Source of the DNA: Diadema antillarum
Taxonomy: Eukaryota
DNA length: 64,000 nucleotides
NCBI RefSeq assembly: GCF_040938485.1
Contig: NW_027271433.1
Span: 1,488,001-1,552,000, forward strand
Direction of reading: 5' to 3'
In this document: piece by piece, positions 1-12,151 of the stretch
Layout of the letters: each line of letters starts with the position of its first letter
Position numbering within the stretch: the first letter of the stretch is position 1
Made by a program: the position numbers and the translations under genes
Notes under the pieces: generated by a model
Told to the model about the DNA's origin: nothing
Database searches by the model: none
Seen by the model: only the letters and a program-made list of their open reading frames with translations

Positions 1-1737
1 GCTGGCCTGTTCAGTACCTTTCCGATTTATACTGCTCCAAGGTAAGTCTTTCAATTTTCCAATGTGTACGCTGAAATGCGACAAATTTTGACTTGACTGT
101 TGTCTCTAAACACAGAACGCGGAATCTTGACCAAAAAAAGAAAAAAAAATCCCCCCGCAAAGCCTAAAAAAGTTGATAGTTATGTGGCTTATGGTTTCAG
201 TTGTTTTGATATGCCTTTCTACGATTCTTGAGTAGATCATTTTCACAGTCTCAATAATGCAATAACTCTGTTTTGCATGATACTTTTCATAATCGGGACC
301 AGGCCTTACTTGTATACTGCCTCTTTAAGAATATACCTCTCATTGGAAGCCCGCTTGTAAAGCCATTAAAGCCTTGAAGTGAAACTAGCATTATCGTGGA
401 GCCTATACTTCATGCTGCGTGTTGAACCCTTCGGCGGTATGATTAGCCAGACAGTCGTTGCTTAATGTCATATCTCAATTTTGCTATGTATGTGCTTTGT
501 TATCGCTTGCCACTTAGAAAATCCATTTGCTTTCGGGTGCCGCGTTAATGTAATTACGGCAATGGAAAATATCGCTGGCCCGCTACCAGGATTTTTCTTT
601 ATTCACTTTTGAAGGGGGAGGGGTCGGTGGTGGTGGTGAGCTCTCACATTAAACCGAACCGTTTGGGGGAAAATCAAAGCACGAACAAGTATGTTGAGAA
701 TGATAGGAAGAAAAGAGAGATTTCAGTCATTAGATGGAAGTGCTCTAATTGTTATCTATATATTGACCATATCGACATACAGATGAGCTGTTTTAAAGGT
801 GCGTTGCTAAGTTTGATATACGGAAAAAAATACAGTAAAAGCAATCACACAAAATAATGCATGAAGTGACTTCAAATCGGACATACCAAGAGGTGAAAAT
901 TTCACAATAGTTACGTAATCAAATGCAACCTTATGTACATTTGACGAGGGAAGGTTATTACACCAAGTCACGCATCAACCAGCATGCACACATTAATCTG
1001 CACCAAGTTTTCTTCTTTCGACATTCAAAAAAAAAAAACACAAAAAACAGCGCACACATTTGTATCGCTTGAATCATATTGTTATGTCATAAAAACCTAC
1101 CAATGGGGACTTTCAAAACTATTTTAAATTATTGACTACGAACATGCTTTTGTTTTTAGGTAGCATTTTTTGCTCAAACCGATGTATGGGGCCGTTGAGA
1201 TGATGACATGGATCGAATGGCTTCGATAATTTTCTGTTAAATTTTACCGTATAGATATAAAACAATGTGCATCTAGAAAGACAGAGGGATTCCTTACCCC
1301 TTTATAGAGCCCCTTCACATTGCAACCACACATCGACTTCTGTTGTCATGCGGTGATCCGATAAAACTTTTTTAATGCCGACGATTGTGAAGCTGTTGGG
1401 CTCCATTCACTTTCATTGAACCCTGCACAAGCTCCGCCCACATCAGTTCTTGCAGGGAGAACATCCCATATTCCCGTAACATAAATCACATTGCCTATAT
1501 TATAGTCACACTTTGCAACATTAAGAAGAGTAAATAACATGACATCACAACGTTTGATATACTCGGTATGTAGCAACAACACTTACTATGAGATAAGACA
1601 CACACATCATAACAAACACTAATTCCTTGTTACGTTCGTTTTTAAACATAACAATATATTTGGTGAATCTTCGGTTTTTCTTCACATTTCAAACTCCACA
1701 GTGCATTCCATCTTAATTAAGATTCGTCAATAGTTTT

Positions 1738-3696
1738 CATGGGCGTCACCGGGGGGGGGGGGGGGGGGGGGGTGCGTTGGGTGCGAACGCACCCCCCTTC
1801 AGACCCTTAAAAAAAAACAAAAAAAACAAAAAAAAAAACTTCAGTCTGCGAGCGACCTCAACACCGGACCCTGAATAATAATTATTCTTTATTCATTTAT
1901 TTATTTATTTTTTGAAATTTTGCATCGGGGACAAAAAAAAAAAAATCGTAGGCAAAAACAATTCGCACCCCTGGTTCTGGCAGCACTGATTTTATACATA
2001 TCTACTAGTACAAGACTCACAGTGTATTCTACAAAGTGTTTACTATTTAGATAGATTTTGGACATCCTTCCCATGCTTGGACACTTCGACGCCACCTCGC
2101 TGGTCTGATACCTCCCTCAGTCATGAACATAAACCGACACCCTTGACTACCAGTGGCGGATCCAGGGGGAGGGGCGCACCGGGCGTCCCCCCCCCCCCCC
2201 TCTTAATTTCCAAAGCGAAAAAGTATAGCTACAAACGGCAGTTTTTGGACTGTAAAATGTCAAAATTTTCAAGCTCGCTGGCTCCGCTCGCTGGCATTTA
2301 GTCGTAATGCCATTCTCCTGAAGTTGCTCCCAGTAATTGCCAGCAGCTCCACCCGGTGCGCCCCCCCCCCCTTACTGCAAAAAAAAAAATATATATATAT
2401 AGCTACAAACGGCAGTTTTTGGACTGTAAAATGTCAAAATTTTCAAGCTCGCTCGCTCCGCTCGCTCGCATTTAAATTCTCCTGATATTGCTGCCAGTAA
2501 TTGCCAGCAGTTGCGCCCGTTGCGTCCCCCCTTAATTTCCAAAGCAAAAAAATATGGCTGCAAACGGCAATTTTGGGACAGTAAAATGTCAAAATTTTAA
2601 AGCTCGCTCGCTCCGCTCGCTCGCATGTAATCGTTAAGCCATTCTCCAGATATTGCTGCGAGTAATTTGTCGTTTCACACCGTCATTCCATAATCCATTT
2701 ATAGGGGGACAACCCCCTCCCACAACCTCCCCCCTTGCTCGTTCCGCTTGTTCGGGCTCGGTCGCGTTCATGACATGACAAGTTTATTTGAATTATACCA
2801 TTTATAGGCAAATTGTTCAATAACAATTTACTTCAAAATGTACTGATGCCTTAAACAAAGTGGGACTGTTTCAAGTCGATAAAACACGCAAAATACCTGC
2901 ATCAAATTGCACCATTTACAACATCAAAAAGTGCTCACCGTGGGAGGGGGACACTCCCTCCCACATCCTCCCCCTCGCTCACTCCTCTCGCTCTTGCTTG
3001 GCCGCGTTCATGATATTCAGTGTAAATATCAAAACAGGAAGTTTATTTGGATGATACTATTTTATAGGCAAATTGTTCGATAATCTACATCAAAATATAC
3101 TGCTTTGTTTTAAACAAGTGGGACTGTTTCAAGTCGATAAAACAAGCAAAACATGCATCAAATCCCCCCTCGCTCTCTCCGCCTGCTCGGGCTCGGTCGC
3201 GTTCATGACATCATAAGCGGTGTAAGAATCAATACAAGAAGTTCATTGAAATGATATAGTTTATAGGCACATTGTTCAACAACAAATTCCATCAAAATGT
3301 ACTGCTACCTTAAACAAGTGGGAATGTTTCAAGTCGATAAAACACCCAAAAAGCCTGCATCAAATTGCACCATTTACAACATCAAAATGCAAAAAGTTCT
3401 CACCGTGGGAGGGGGGGGGGGGGGGGGGGGGGACAACAGGCACTTTCACGAGTCCCCCCCCCCCTTGCTCGCTCCCTTGCATACTAACACACCATCACCC
3501 CCCCCCCCCCCCCTCCAAGATGAAATCCTAGCTACGCCGGTGCCCTTTCCCCGCTTGGTTTCCGTCAAAAACAGTAAAAGTCTAGGGATTGAGAGCTTCC
3601 TATATTCCAAATGTCTGTCCAAAAAAAAAGAAAAAAAATTCTCGTTACATTAGGGTCAAAACGCACCCCCTTGAAAAAAAGCTGGTGACGCCCCTG
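1738..3696. mobile_element. Composite non-autonomous DNA transposon / MITE cluster with internal tandem arrays
   Basis: Ends CATGGGCGTCACC and GGTGACGCCCCTG form a 13-bp TIR with 1 mismatch, and both flanks read GTTTT. The interior has three copies of a 155-175-bp unit (about 2205-2670) with the GCTCGCTCCGCTCGC motif, three copies of a second unit (about 2800-3470), and poly-G/poly-C tracts. Confidence 0.6.
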
Positions 3697-6474
3697 GTTT
3701 TTTTTTTTATTTTGTTTCGCGAGATTGTACATAAAGCAAAAGTTACTGCTGCCGTCAGCACTTTCTAAAACGATCGGTTGCATTGAAATGGAAATAAAAT
3801 CATAGTATCAGAACATCGACAGGGGCAATTAAAGGGTGTTTTTTGTTGCGTTGTTTCGTCGTCGACGTCGTCGTCGTCGTTGTTGCTGTTGTTGTTGTTG
3901 TTGTTGTTTGTGACCGTTGAAGTCCCTAGAAATTGCCAATGTTATGAGACGTTTCCGCAACTAGTAAACAATCCTTAATGACACACTGCAGTACAATTTA
4001 TCAATATTCCTATCTTCATTCCCGATGTGACCAGATACAAAATACCCTATATATACTTGTTTAGACAGCAGAACTTCTCTTTCCACTACAAGTCTTGTGC
4101 CTGTACCTATATAACATGTCACTTGGCATGTCAATCATCACCAAGAAATTTTCATCCAAAACACTCAAGAATTTTATAAACGAAGAATACTTTAGCAGCG
4201 AAGGGGTTAAAGCCAAGAGTTTTAAACCCATAACAAGCAAGAATTTCAAGAATTTCAAACGAAGAATAGATTTCAGCCAGAAGGGATTAAAACAAATCCA
4301 TAATTAGTATTGTGATGGGATATAAACCACACATAAATATACACACACTCACACTCACATCATGACATATAGACATACACCGCACAAGTTATGTTGTGCA
4401 AACGCGCGTCGCGGAAACCTGATTTATCTATGCTTCCGTATACTCCTTGATGTATAGCGTGTCGTATAATGTGTGCTAACACCTTTGTGGAGAAAGAGTG
4501 ATGTGCTAACTCCGTGAGACAGTGAGAATGCGTTGTCATGGCGACAATGGCAAACTATTCAGCCTGTCTGGCCGCAGAGTTGTTACATTATACGAATTTA
4601 TTCTAGTCAACATGGTTCGCATTTCATTTGCTTATACAGTACGGGCAGTACATGTATCGCTACGAGGTAAATTTTGCAGGTCCGTTTGACCGCAAGTCCG
4701 GAAAAACTATTCAGTCTTGCTCTGACAGATCTATACATGGCACTCGAAACTTCGCAACTGGACTAAGAGGGAATTTTAAAGTATAGGGAACTTCTATAAC
4801 AATCTGTGTCCAATTCTCGGTAATTTCATAAGGCAAGATGGAATTCAGTATCAAATAAAAATGGATGAACTTTTAAGTCAAACATTCCTTTGTGGTTGGG
4901 TAATGAAAAAGAGAAAACAATATTATAACCTTTATTTCACCAAGTAGTTATTATACGTTGATTTATACTACAAAGTTTATCTCATATCTGTAGAAGCCTG
5001 TTTCGCACTCCGGTAGCTTTTTGAACCGTCATGTTTGTGCTAATGACAAGTTATCGGTATCAAGGTTGTATTATTTTTATGTCAAAGTCCACTGAAACTG
5101 CATGTCATTATTTTGCTGATTTTCATTTTGTTTCGTTTGTAAACTCTACGCTATCCAGTACTCAAGTTTATGGTGTTTTTGTCCCCTTTCCATGAAAAAC
5201 AAAATTACAAGAGCGGTTAAACCCTTCGGAAATTACCTACGCAAAATATCACTCACACTAATGTTTTAAATCCACAGGTCCTTAATTAAAGACAAGCTGG
5301 ATAACACGGTGTTGATATTCCAGCAATATTTTTTTTTAAAGTAATGATATGAACTATCATTAATTGACGGAATCTTCACAATGTTCCTCGTTTGTTGAAC
5401 GTTACCACACCACAGTTCTGGAGTGAATAAACAAAAAAAGTATATGTTCAGGACTAGTCTTGGTAGAAAATATACAAAATGATTTGATGTAGTGCTTGCG
5501 GTACTGATTCAATGTCCATTGTTGGCAGAACCAATGCCCACAAATATTACATACAACGCATCAGGAGTTCATTAGAAAAGGCACACAAATCTTTAAACCA
5601 AAACTGAAACAAACAAAACAATCTCTGTCAACACAACTAGTGAATTTATCCAAACTATGGCTCAGCAGTTATTTGCAATCACTTTAGTATAACAACTTGT
5701 AAGAATCAATAAGGCCTGCCATTTTCTACATTAAAAAAAAATGGACATGGGAGAGGCCCTCAGTGCGCTTTCCCTTTCGGTCGTCCTTTTGTGACGTCAG
5801 AAAAAAAGTACATGACTGAATGTATTACCGTTTACTCGGTATTTTTTTAAATCATAACCTACCATTTGCAGATGAAACAAAAACCCAGCTTTTTAGTGCT
5901 TCAAAATGGTTCTAAAATGTGAGTTATTCATAGAAACAACTAATGTAAAAATTTTAATCCTCATAGTCAATGCTAAGTATTGGTAAAGATACAAAATGTG
6001 AGCATTCGTTATGATACAATTGTTTCTAAATCGTCTACAGTTTAGTTTATTTACGACTTTTTGCAAATCTTTTATATGGTAAGATGTTTTGTGCTACAAC
6101 TGACCTACACACATGTATCAAAATGATAACTCCAACATTTTTTAGATCACTGCTCCCATAGCTTTCGTGGTACACCTGGGTATAATTATCGAACTTGCCT
6201 GTCCAATCTTCATTTTGCATAAACATGACAAGTGCTGAAACGTGCACAAAACAGAAAGTCATAAATAAGGCATTCTGATTTTTTACTACACTGCCGCTTC
6301 CTCAATAACGTTAGTTATTACCGGACGCGCAAAAAAATGACTGTGAAGTGTCATTCAAGACTTGTATATGCTGACATCGAAATACAACGGGACGGCATTT
6401 TAGGGAAACCCCCTTTCGGGAAATCACACGCACGCCTATATAAATTCATCCTTCCTCTTCCTCTCTCTACCTAC

Positions 6475-6475
<1 letters not shown>

Positions 6476-6524
<49 letters not shown>
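6476..6524. repeat. (TATC)n microsatellite
   Basis: Direct reading. Confidence 0.95.
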
Positions 6525-6933
6525 CTCCCATCAAGATTGGGATTTTCTTCTCTCTCTCTCATTAATATATCACTCTGTCTTGATAATATACTCTTTTACA
6601 TGCTGATAGTTTAGAGTTAGTCATCAGTTAGTTACCCTTTCATACCAGTTTATAATTTTACACATTCATCGCATTACTGGTTCACTTCTGTGGCTCATGT
6701 ACTGTATCAGTCCCACAAATTTCAATAGTGCATGGGTACATATAGGTTTGTGGTTTTTTTTTTCATTCGATGAACCGTATTTTCTTTCCTTCATCAAAAG
6801 TCATATGACTCAAAAGTGGGCCCAGCCAGTCAAATGCATTTCATAATTCGTCACCGGCTCCCTGCCCCCCCCCCCCTCTCTCTCTCTCTCTCCCTCTCAG
6901 AATATTCAGTATATAGGTTTCCTAAAACCTATA

Positions 6934-7107
6934 CAGTGGACTCCCGTCATAACGAAGTCCTCGGGACAGGCATTTTTTTTTTTCGTTGCATCGAAATTTC
7001 GTTGTAACCGAAAAATACATAGAGTGGATAATGTTGCGGCCTGCATTTTTACTTCGTTGTAACCAGAATTTCGTTATAACCGTGTTCGTTATAACTGGAG
7101 TGCACTG
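6934..7107. mobile_element. Tc1/mariner-pogo-type MITE (174 bp)
   Basis: 23-bp TIR CAGTGGACTCCCGTCATAACGAA versus reverse complement CAGTGCACTCCAGTTATAACGAA (3 mismatches). TA on both flanks (6932-33, 7108-09). Confidence 0.8.
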
Positions 7108-8173
7108 TACACATTTTGTCCCTCCGAAGATAGCATACCAGATAATCATGCACCTGGTCTTGACCAACTCACCGATCCGTCAATAAACACTGATTTTATT
7201 ACGGATTGTATAGGAAAAATGTCTCTCCTTGCCCTTTATTCATATTGAATTGTTGACCAACTGATTATTTGAAGAATGTTTGGGGATGGGGCAGGGATTG
7301 GCGGAGTGGGGGCGAATTACAACTGAGACAGGAGTGTTGTGTTAATTGTGATTGATCATCTTAAGCCGACGACCACCTCATAAAGCTTTAAGGCAGGTAG
7401 TAAGAGCGGTAGATATACACCGTTTTCCCCTCTGCTCAGCTATCTTATGCAGATCTGAAATCCATCGGCTTCCGAACACTTTCTAGGTCTTGTGCAACTG
7501 GTTGACGGCAGATGTTTCGAATTTTCCGATCACTTGTGTGTGTAAATCCTACACTTTTGACTCGTTGTGTATAACAACTCGGCCAGTTGATGGAATGAAC
7601 GATCTACGAGAAGCGATGAAAGGTTAATGAACGGCTGTATAACGTGTGTATGACTACTCTGCAACCAGGGAGGTGGTCCCTGCTGCAACCACCGACATTC
7701 TTTCCTATTAATGCGACCACATTAAAGTGTAATCTGATTGGGAAATACAATGTATCGTAGCAATGGCGCGGCGCCGCTGTATAGAATGGCGCCATTAAAA
7801 AGAAGTTGTCTGTCAAGGAGGGGGGGGGGGGCAGAGAATGAACACGCTTATAGAGAATTTTATCTCGCAAGGGCAGTAAATGGCGGAAGACTTCTGGAAT
7901 TTAGATCCGGACTACTGGAGTTCCACCTTAACATTACTTCACAGATACAAACGTCAGATTTGTTTTGTTTGTTTGTTGAGGTGGTTTTTATGTGTTTGCT
8001 CGTTTTTCATGGGTCATTATTTTCTCCAACACAGCAAAGTGCAAAAGGAGACAAAAGTGAGAGTAAGAATTTAAGGACCTAGCTTCCTCATGTTTATTCG
8101 TCTCTCCGAGATGAATCCACACAATTCATCCCCGCCCATCACCCCCAAAATAACAAACAAACAAACAAGCAAA

Positions 8174-8208
<35 letters not shown>

Positions 8209-8771
8209 GCGCACAGTACACACACACACATACACAGTTCACACACTATCAAAATGGACCCCGTGATTAGTATCTGTTGGCCCTACTACTCAGGAGTCGG
8301 TGACTTGAGGAAAAAAAAAGTAAGCTTTTACTCTTCACCGCCCCCCCCCCCCCCCCACACACACAAACATACCTTCCCCTTTATTCACGCACATTATATT
8401 ATATAGTTTATTACATTGGTCACTCAGTTGCAGCCCAAGATGTTATGAAGGACAACTGGAGAGCGCATCTTTACCGAGGACAAGCACGTACAGTGTCATT
8501 GTATCATTCTATAGCGAATGATTAGAACTGATGATCGATTCTTCCGAGGAAGACCTGCTGGATTACTTTATAAGTTTACCCTGTTATGAGCACGAGAACT
8601 AGCAACTCCGTATACAGCAAATCAATGATATCGAATCATACAAACTCATATAGAAATACGTACAATTTTCTTCTCCATATGCCTTTATGGTTTACATTAT
8701 TGTGCGCTTTTAATGGCAATATCTATGGTGGAGATTATACGTTGCTAGGCAGTGATTTGTGCGTGCTTTAC

Positions 8772-8914
8772 CTGATAAGAGTCGACCATCCCATCCTTGC
8801 TTTCCTTCGCCGGGCGGGCATCCCGGTCAGTTCGTCCTCATTAGTAGCATCCTCCTGTTGCTTTGGGTTTCCCGCCATCAAGGATTTGGCCCGCACCATT
8901 TGTCCCTCCGCCAT
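8772..8914 (-). CDS. Candidate first coding exon of an unidentified gene running leftwards
   Basis: ATG in AAAATCATGG context with an in-frame stop upstream. Encodes MAEGQMVRAKSLMAGNPKQQEDATNEDELTGMPARRRKARMGWSTLI+AG, followed by donor AG|GTAAAG. Lies in a GC/CpG-richer island (about 8750-9700). No downstream exon could be assigned confidently. Confidence 0.4.
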
Positions 8915-10668
8915 GATTTTGCGTCGTCTGTTTGCCCCGACGCACACTCTGCTGATGCTTGTACGACCCTGGCCGCCAACGGAGAAATCGTTCTGTCGCG
9001 ACGAGAACTTTAATCAACTCCCTCGGAGATGCCCTGGCGTTTACAACCACATAAGCCGAAGGTGAAGTTACCGTTTCGCGGAGACGCATTTATTATGCCG
9101 AGCTGTCGATGAATGGCTTGCAGTGACCGCTCTAACGAGCTTTTGAGAGACGGCGAGAATGGGGGCAAATGCTTTCCACAGGGCGTTCTAGCAGGTAAGT
9201 GAGGCAAAAGAATTTCTCAAGAGAACGACACACGCGCTGCTGTATCGGGATGCGCATAAAGTAGAAACAAGCATTCCCCAAGTGTTCAAAGGTAAAGGGA
9301 CGACTGCATTATCACTACACAGGTTTCGTGCAAGCGTATCATTGAAAGTTTTTACCGCAACCTTGACCAAATCTGGTGAGTAACGTTTGTCGGCAAGTTA
9401 TAACCTACGCGGGTTTGGAGTGCACGAGCAGTGGAATAACTGTTCTGTACTTCGGGGAGAATACACTACTGAGGAACCTGATCAACAGAGAACGGGTATC
9501 ATTCACAATGATTTCGGAGTGAGGTTTGCTTCTAACTGTCGGGGTTCAGGAAGAGGCATTCCTGGCGACGTCCGGAGTGTCTCTCTAGCTGACTTCCTCT
9601 CTGGCTTTGTGAAGGCTGATGATATTAGGCACGGGATATGACAAGCCAAGCCCCTCGACGTGTTTGTTATGCGCAACAAGGCTGTAAACAGCTGTTTCGC
9701 TTACTCACATGATTGTTATTAAAATAACGGGCGCCCTAAATGGCTCGTGAAAGGATCCTCGTCAATGCGAAATCGGAAGGGGGGGGGGGGCAGCAGACCA
9801 AAAACGCTGGATAGATCTGAAAGGGCCGTGTATGGAGTGCTGCAAAGACATGGGTAGAATAGCATGGATTAAACAGAGTTAAAGCCATGAAAAGAATGGA
9901 ATTGGCATGAGGATTGAATGGCACCCTATTATTGCGGGAAAAACAAAAAAGTGAAAGCGAAACAGAACGCATCCGAAATACATACAACATGTTAGTGGGT
10001 TATAAGGAAGTAATTTAATGTTACATATATAGGCCTTAGGTGACGGTGGCAATATTAAAAAGCAGAATCGGACGGACAAAAAAAAAACAGACACAAGGAA
10101 AAGAAAGAAAAATAGGGAAGACTAAAATGGCAGGAAAAGGTGGAAAAGAAGAGTTTGAAATCTCAAATTCTTTTAACAACATGGCGTCAAAAACAGCACG
10201 CTTTCCAGTCAGTTTGAGATTCAGGTGGTCGGCGTGTATTTGTACCCGTATAACACCAAGATGGTGTGTGGTTGTGTGTGTGCTCTGTATGTGTGTGCGT
10301 GTGTGTGTGTGTGCGTGTGTGTGTGTGTGGTAGTTTCAAGACAACAAGGGAGGAACTAAAAGAAAGCGGACATTCATGCTAGATTGCGGGCAATATGGGA
10401 ATTAAGAACTTTTTTTTTGCTTAGAAAAAAAACCGAATGCTATACAAACTAATACGAAACAAATCAGACGACAGTCATCATAAGAAGTCCTCAAAAAGTT
10501 CTCCGCAGTATCATACGGTGTACAGTTCAAGAAATGATTCTCAAACTAGGGACTTTTGTCCAAATTCTTTGACTAACACAAAAATATAGAAGGGCCTACT
10601 TATACAGGGTATATGATAAACATTTCACTTGCCCTGGGTAGTAGAGGGCGAGACAAGAGGGTATGTTA

Positions 10669-11942
10669 GGCTTTCCCGGCCAATTTCGCACTTTTGTCAG
10701 TCCATTTGATTAAAGGTTCATTCAATTTAGCGAAAATCCTCGTCACTGCACATTCTGTTATTCAAAATTGCAACTTGTTCGTTCAATTTAGCACTTCGAT
10801 CAATGAAATTCGCGCAATTGCCTTTCGAATTCGTAAAACGGGCATTCAAATTGGCACGTGCTCTTCAGTCATTCAAATTCGCCAGCACTGGCGGAAAATG
10901 GTATTTCAGTCATTCAATTTCCCGTATGAGCAGTCAAATTCCAAACATGTTCATTCAAATTGGCGTAATGTTATTTCTATTTTGAAAAGGTGAGAACCGT
11001 GATTTATGCGTTTTTAAATGTGAATTTTTGTTTCATCCACACACTGTTAAGTATATAGTAGAGGTATCTTTGACCCTAAATAACTCAAGTTTGTTGTTCT
11101 GTATAACGCTCCTCTTCTATACATGATATCAGAACTATACATGCACCGGTACCATAGATCACTTCACTTTATTATGTCCAGTCATGGCAGCACGAGTTAG
11201 ATACAAGCGTATATCTCAAGAAGACAGAGAAAGAATCATAGGAGCATTTGAGGGTAATAACCTTGACAAATTATTGATGGCTAGAGCTGATCCAAGAACT
11301 TTATTCCTAATGATGATTAACGCAATATAGCACCCAGCAAATGAAAATAATGAAACATACAGATGAACGAAATAATCACGATGTAAATTGAAACCTCCTT
11401 CTACCAACTAATGTCAAAACAAACTTAAAATTAATGTATCTGTGAATGAAATAATGCTATCGAACATCATAAACACATACCAAATTTTGAAAGTACTGTT
11501 GCAAAGGTGATATCAGAATAAAGAATGAATACGAAAATATGAGATGTTATGTTGCTTGCAAACAATACCTATGATAAATGAAAATGGAAAAAAAAAGGAA
11601 TAGAAGCATAAACGTGTCTCCTAAATTGACTGCAGTAAATGCGAAATTGGACGCCCAAGAATGAATTCGAATGAACGAGTGCAGCGTGTACGTGATCACG
11701 TGACTATATCATGCTAAATTGAATGAACGATTTGCGAAATGGTGCTTGTCTTACGAATTTGAACTGAAAAAGTGCTGATTCGAATGATGTTAAAGGTAAT
11801 TTGAATGCTCCAAAATGAATTTGAATGAAAAGATTATAAAATAGAAATACCCATCATGCCATCTACGCTATATCGTGCTAAATTGAATGCAGCAACCGTT
11901 AGGAATTAGACTGAATAAAGTGCGAAATTGGCCGAGAAAACC
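10669..11942. mobile_element. TA-flanked deletion derivative of a DNA transposon (Tc1/IS630-like) with subterminal TTCAAATT/TTCAATTT repeats
   Basis: TIR GGCTTTCCCGGCCAATTTCGCACTTTTGTCAGTC versus reverse complement GGTTTTCTCGGCCAATTTCGCACTTTATTCAGTC, with TA on both flanks. An internal short ORF from 11184 (MAARVRYKRISQEDRERIIGAFEGN) resembles a transposase N-terminal HTH (inference). Confidence 0.65.
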
Positions 11943-12079
11943 TATACTAAAGAGTCTTGTTTGGAGATGATTTCATATTACAGAATGGTTATTATGATTA
12001 TCGGTAACTTTTACCACCGAATAAGAGAATGTTCTCAACCATTATACGCGATGAGGTGAAATATTATATATATAAATGT

Positions 12080-12081
12080 AT

Positions 12082-12149
<68 letters not shown>
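12080..12149. repeat. (CA)n(TA)n microsatellite
   Basis: Direct reading. Confidence 0.95.

Positions 12150-12151
<2 letters not shown>

Noticed and set aside
1-41. + strand donor AAG|GTAAGT at 41/42 as the missing upstream LOX exon
   Set aside because: None of the three frames (WPVQYLSDLYCSK, LACSVPFRFILLQ, AGLFSTFPIYTAP) resembles the LOX segment expected before GLP..G; too short to call.
1346-1582. - strand ORF (IWDVLPARTDVGGACAGFNESEW) as an exon
   Set aside because: Every frame between the plausible acceptors and the donor near 1290 hits a stop; no recognisable homology.
4061-4307. AT-rich ORFs on both strands (possible LINE remnant)
   Set aside because: No diagnostic RT or endonuclease motif.
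6047-6262. - strand exon-like ORF (LVMFMQNEDWTGKFDNY...) as exon 2 of the 8914 gene
   Set aside because: It is open only from a phase-1 acceptor, while the candidate first exon ends in phase 2; no family motif recognised.
8586-9065. 159-aa + strand ORF
   Set aside because: It is largely the antisense shadow of the GC-rich candidate exon and has no motif.
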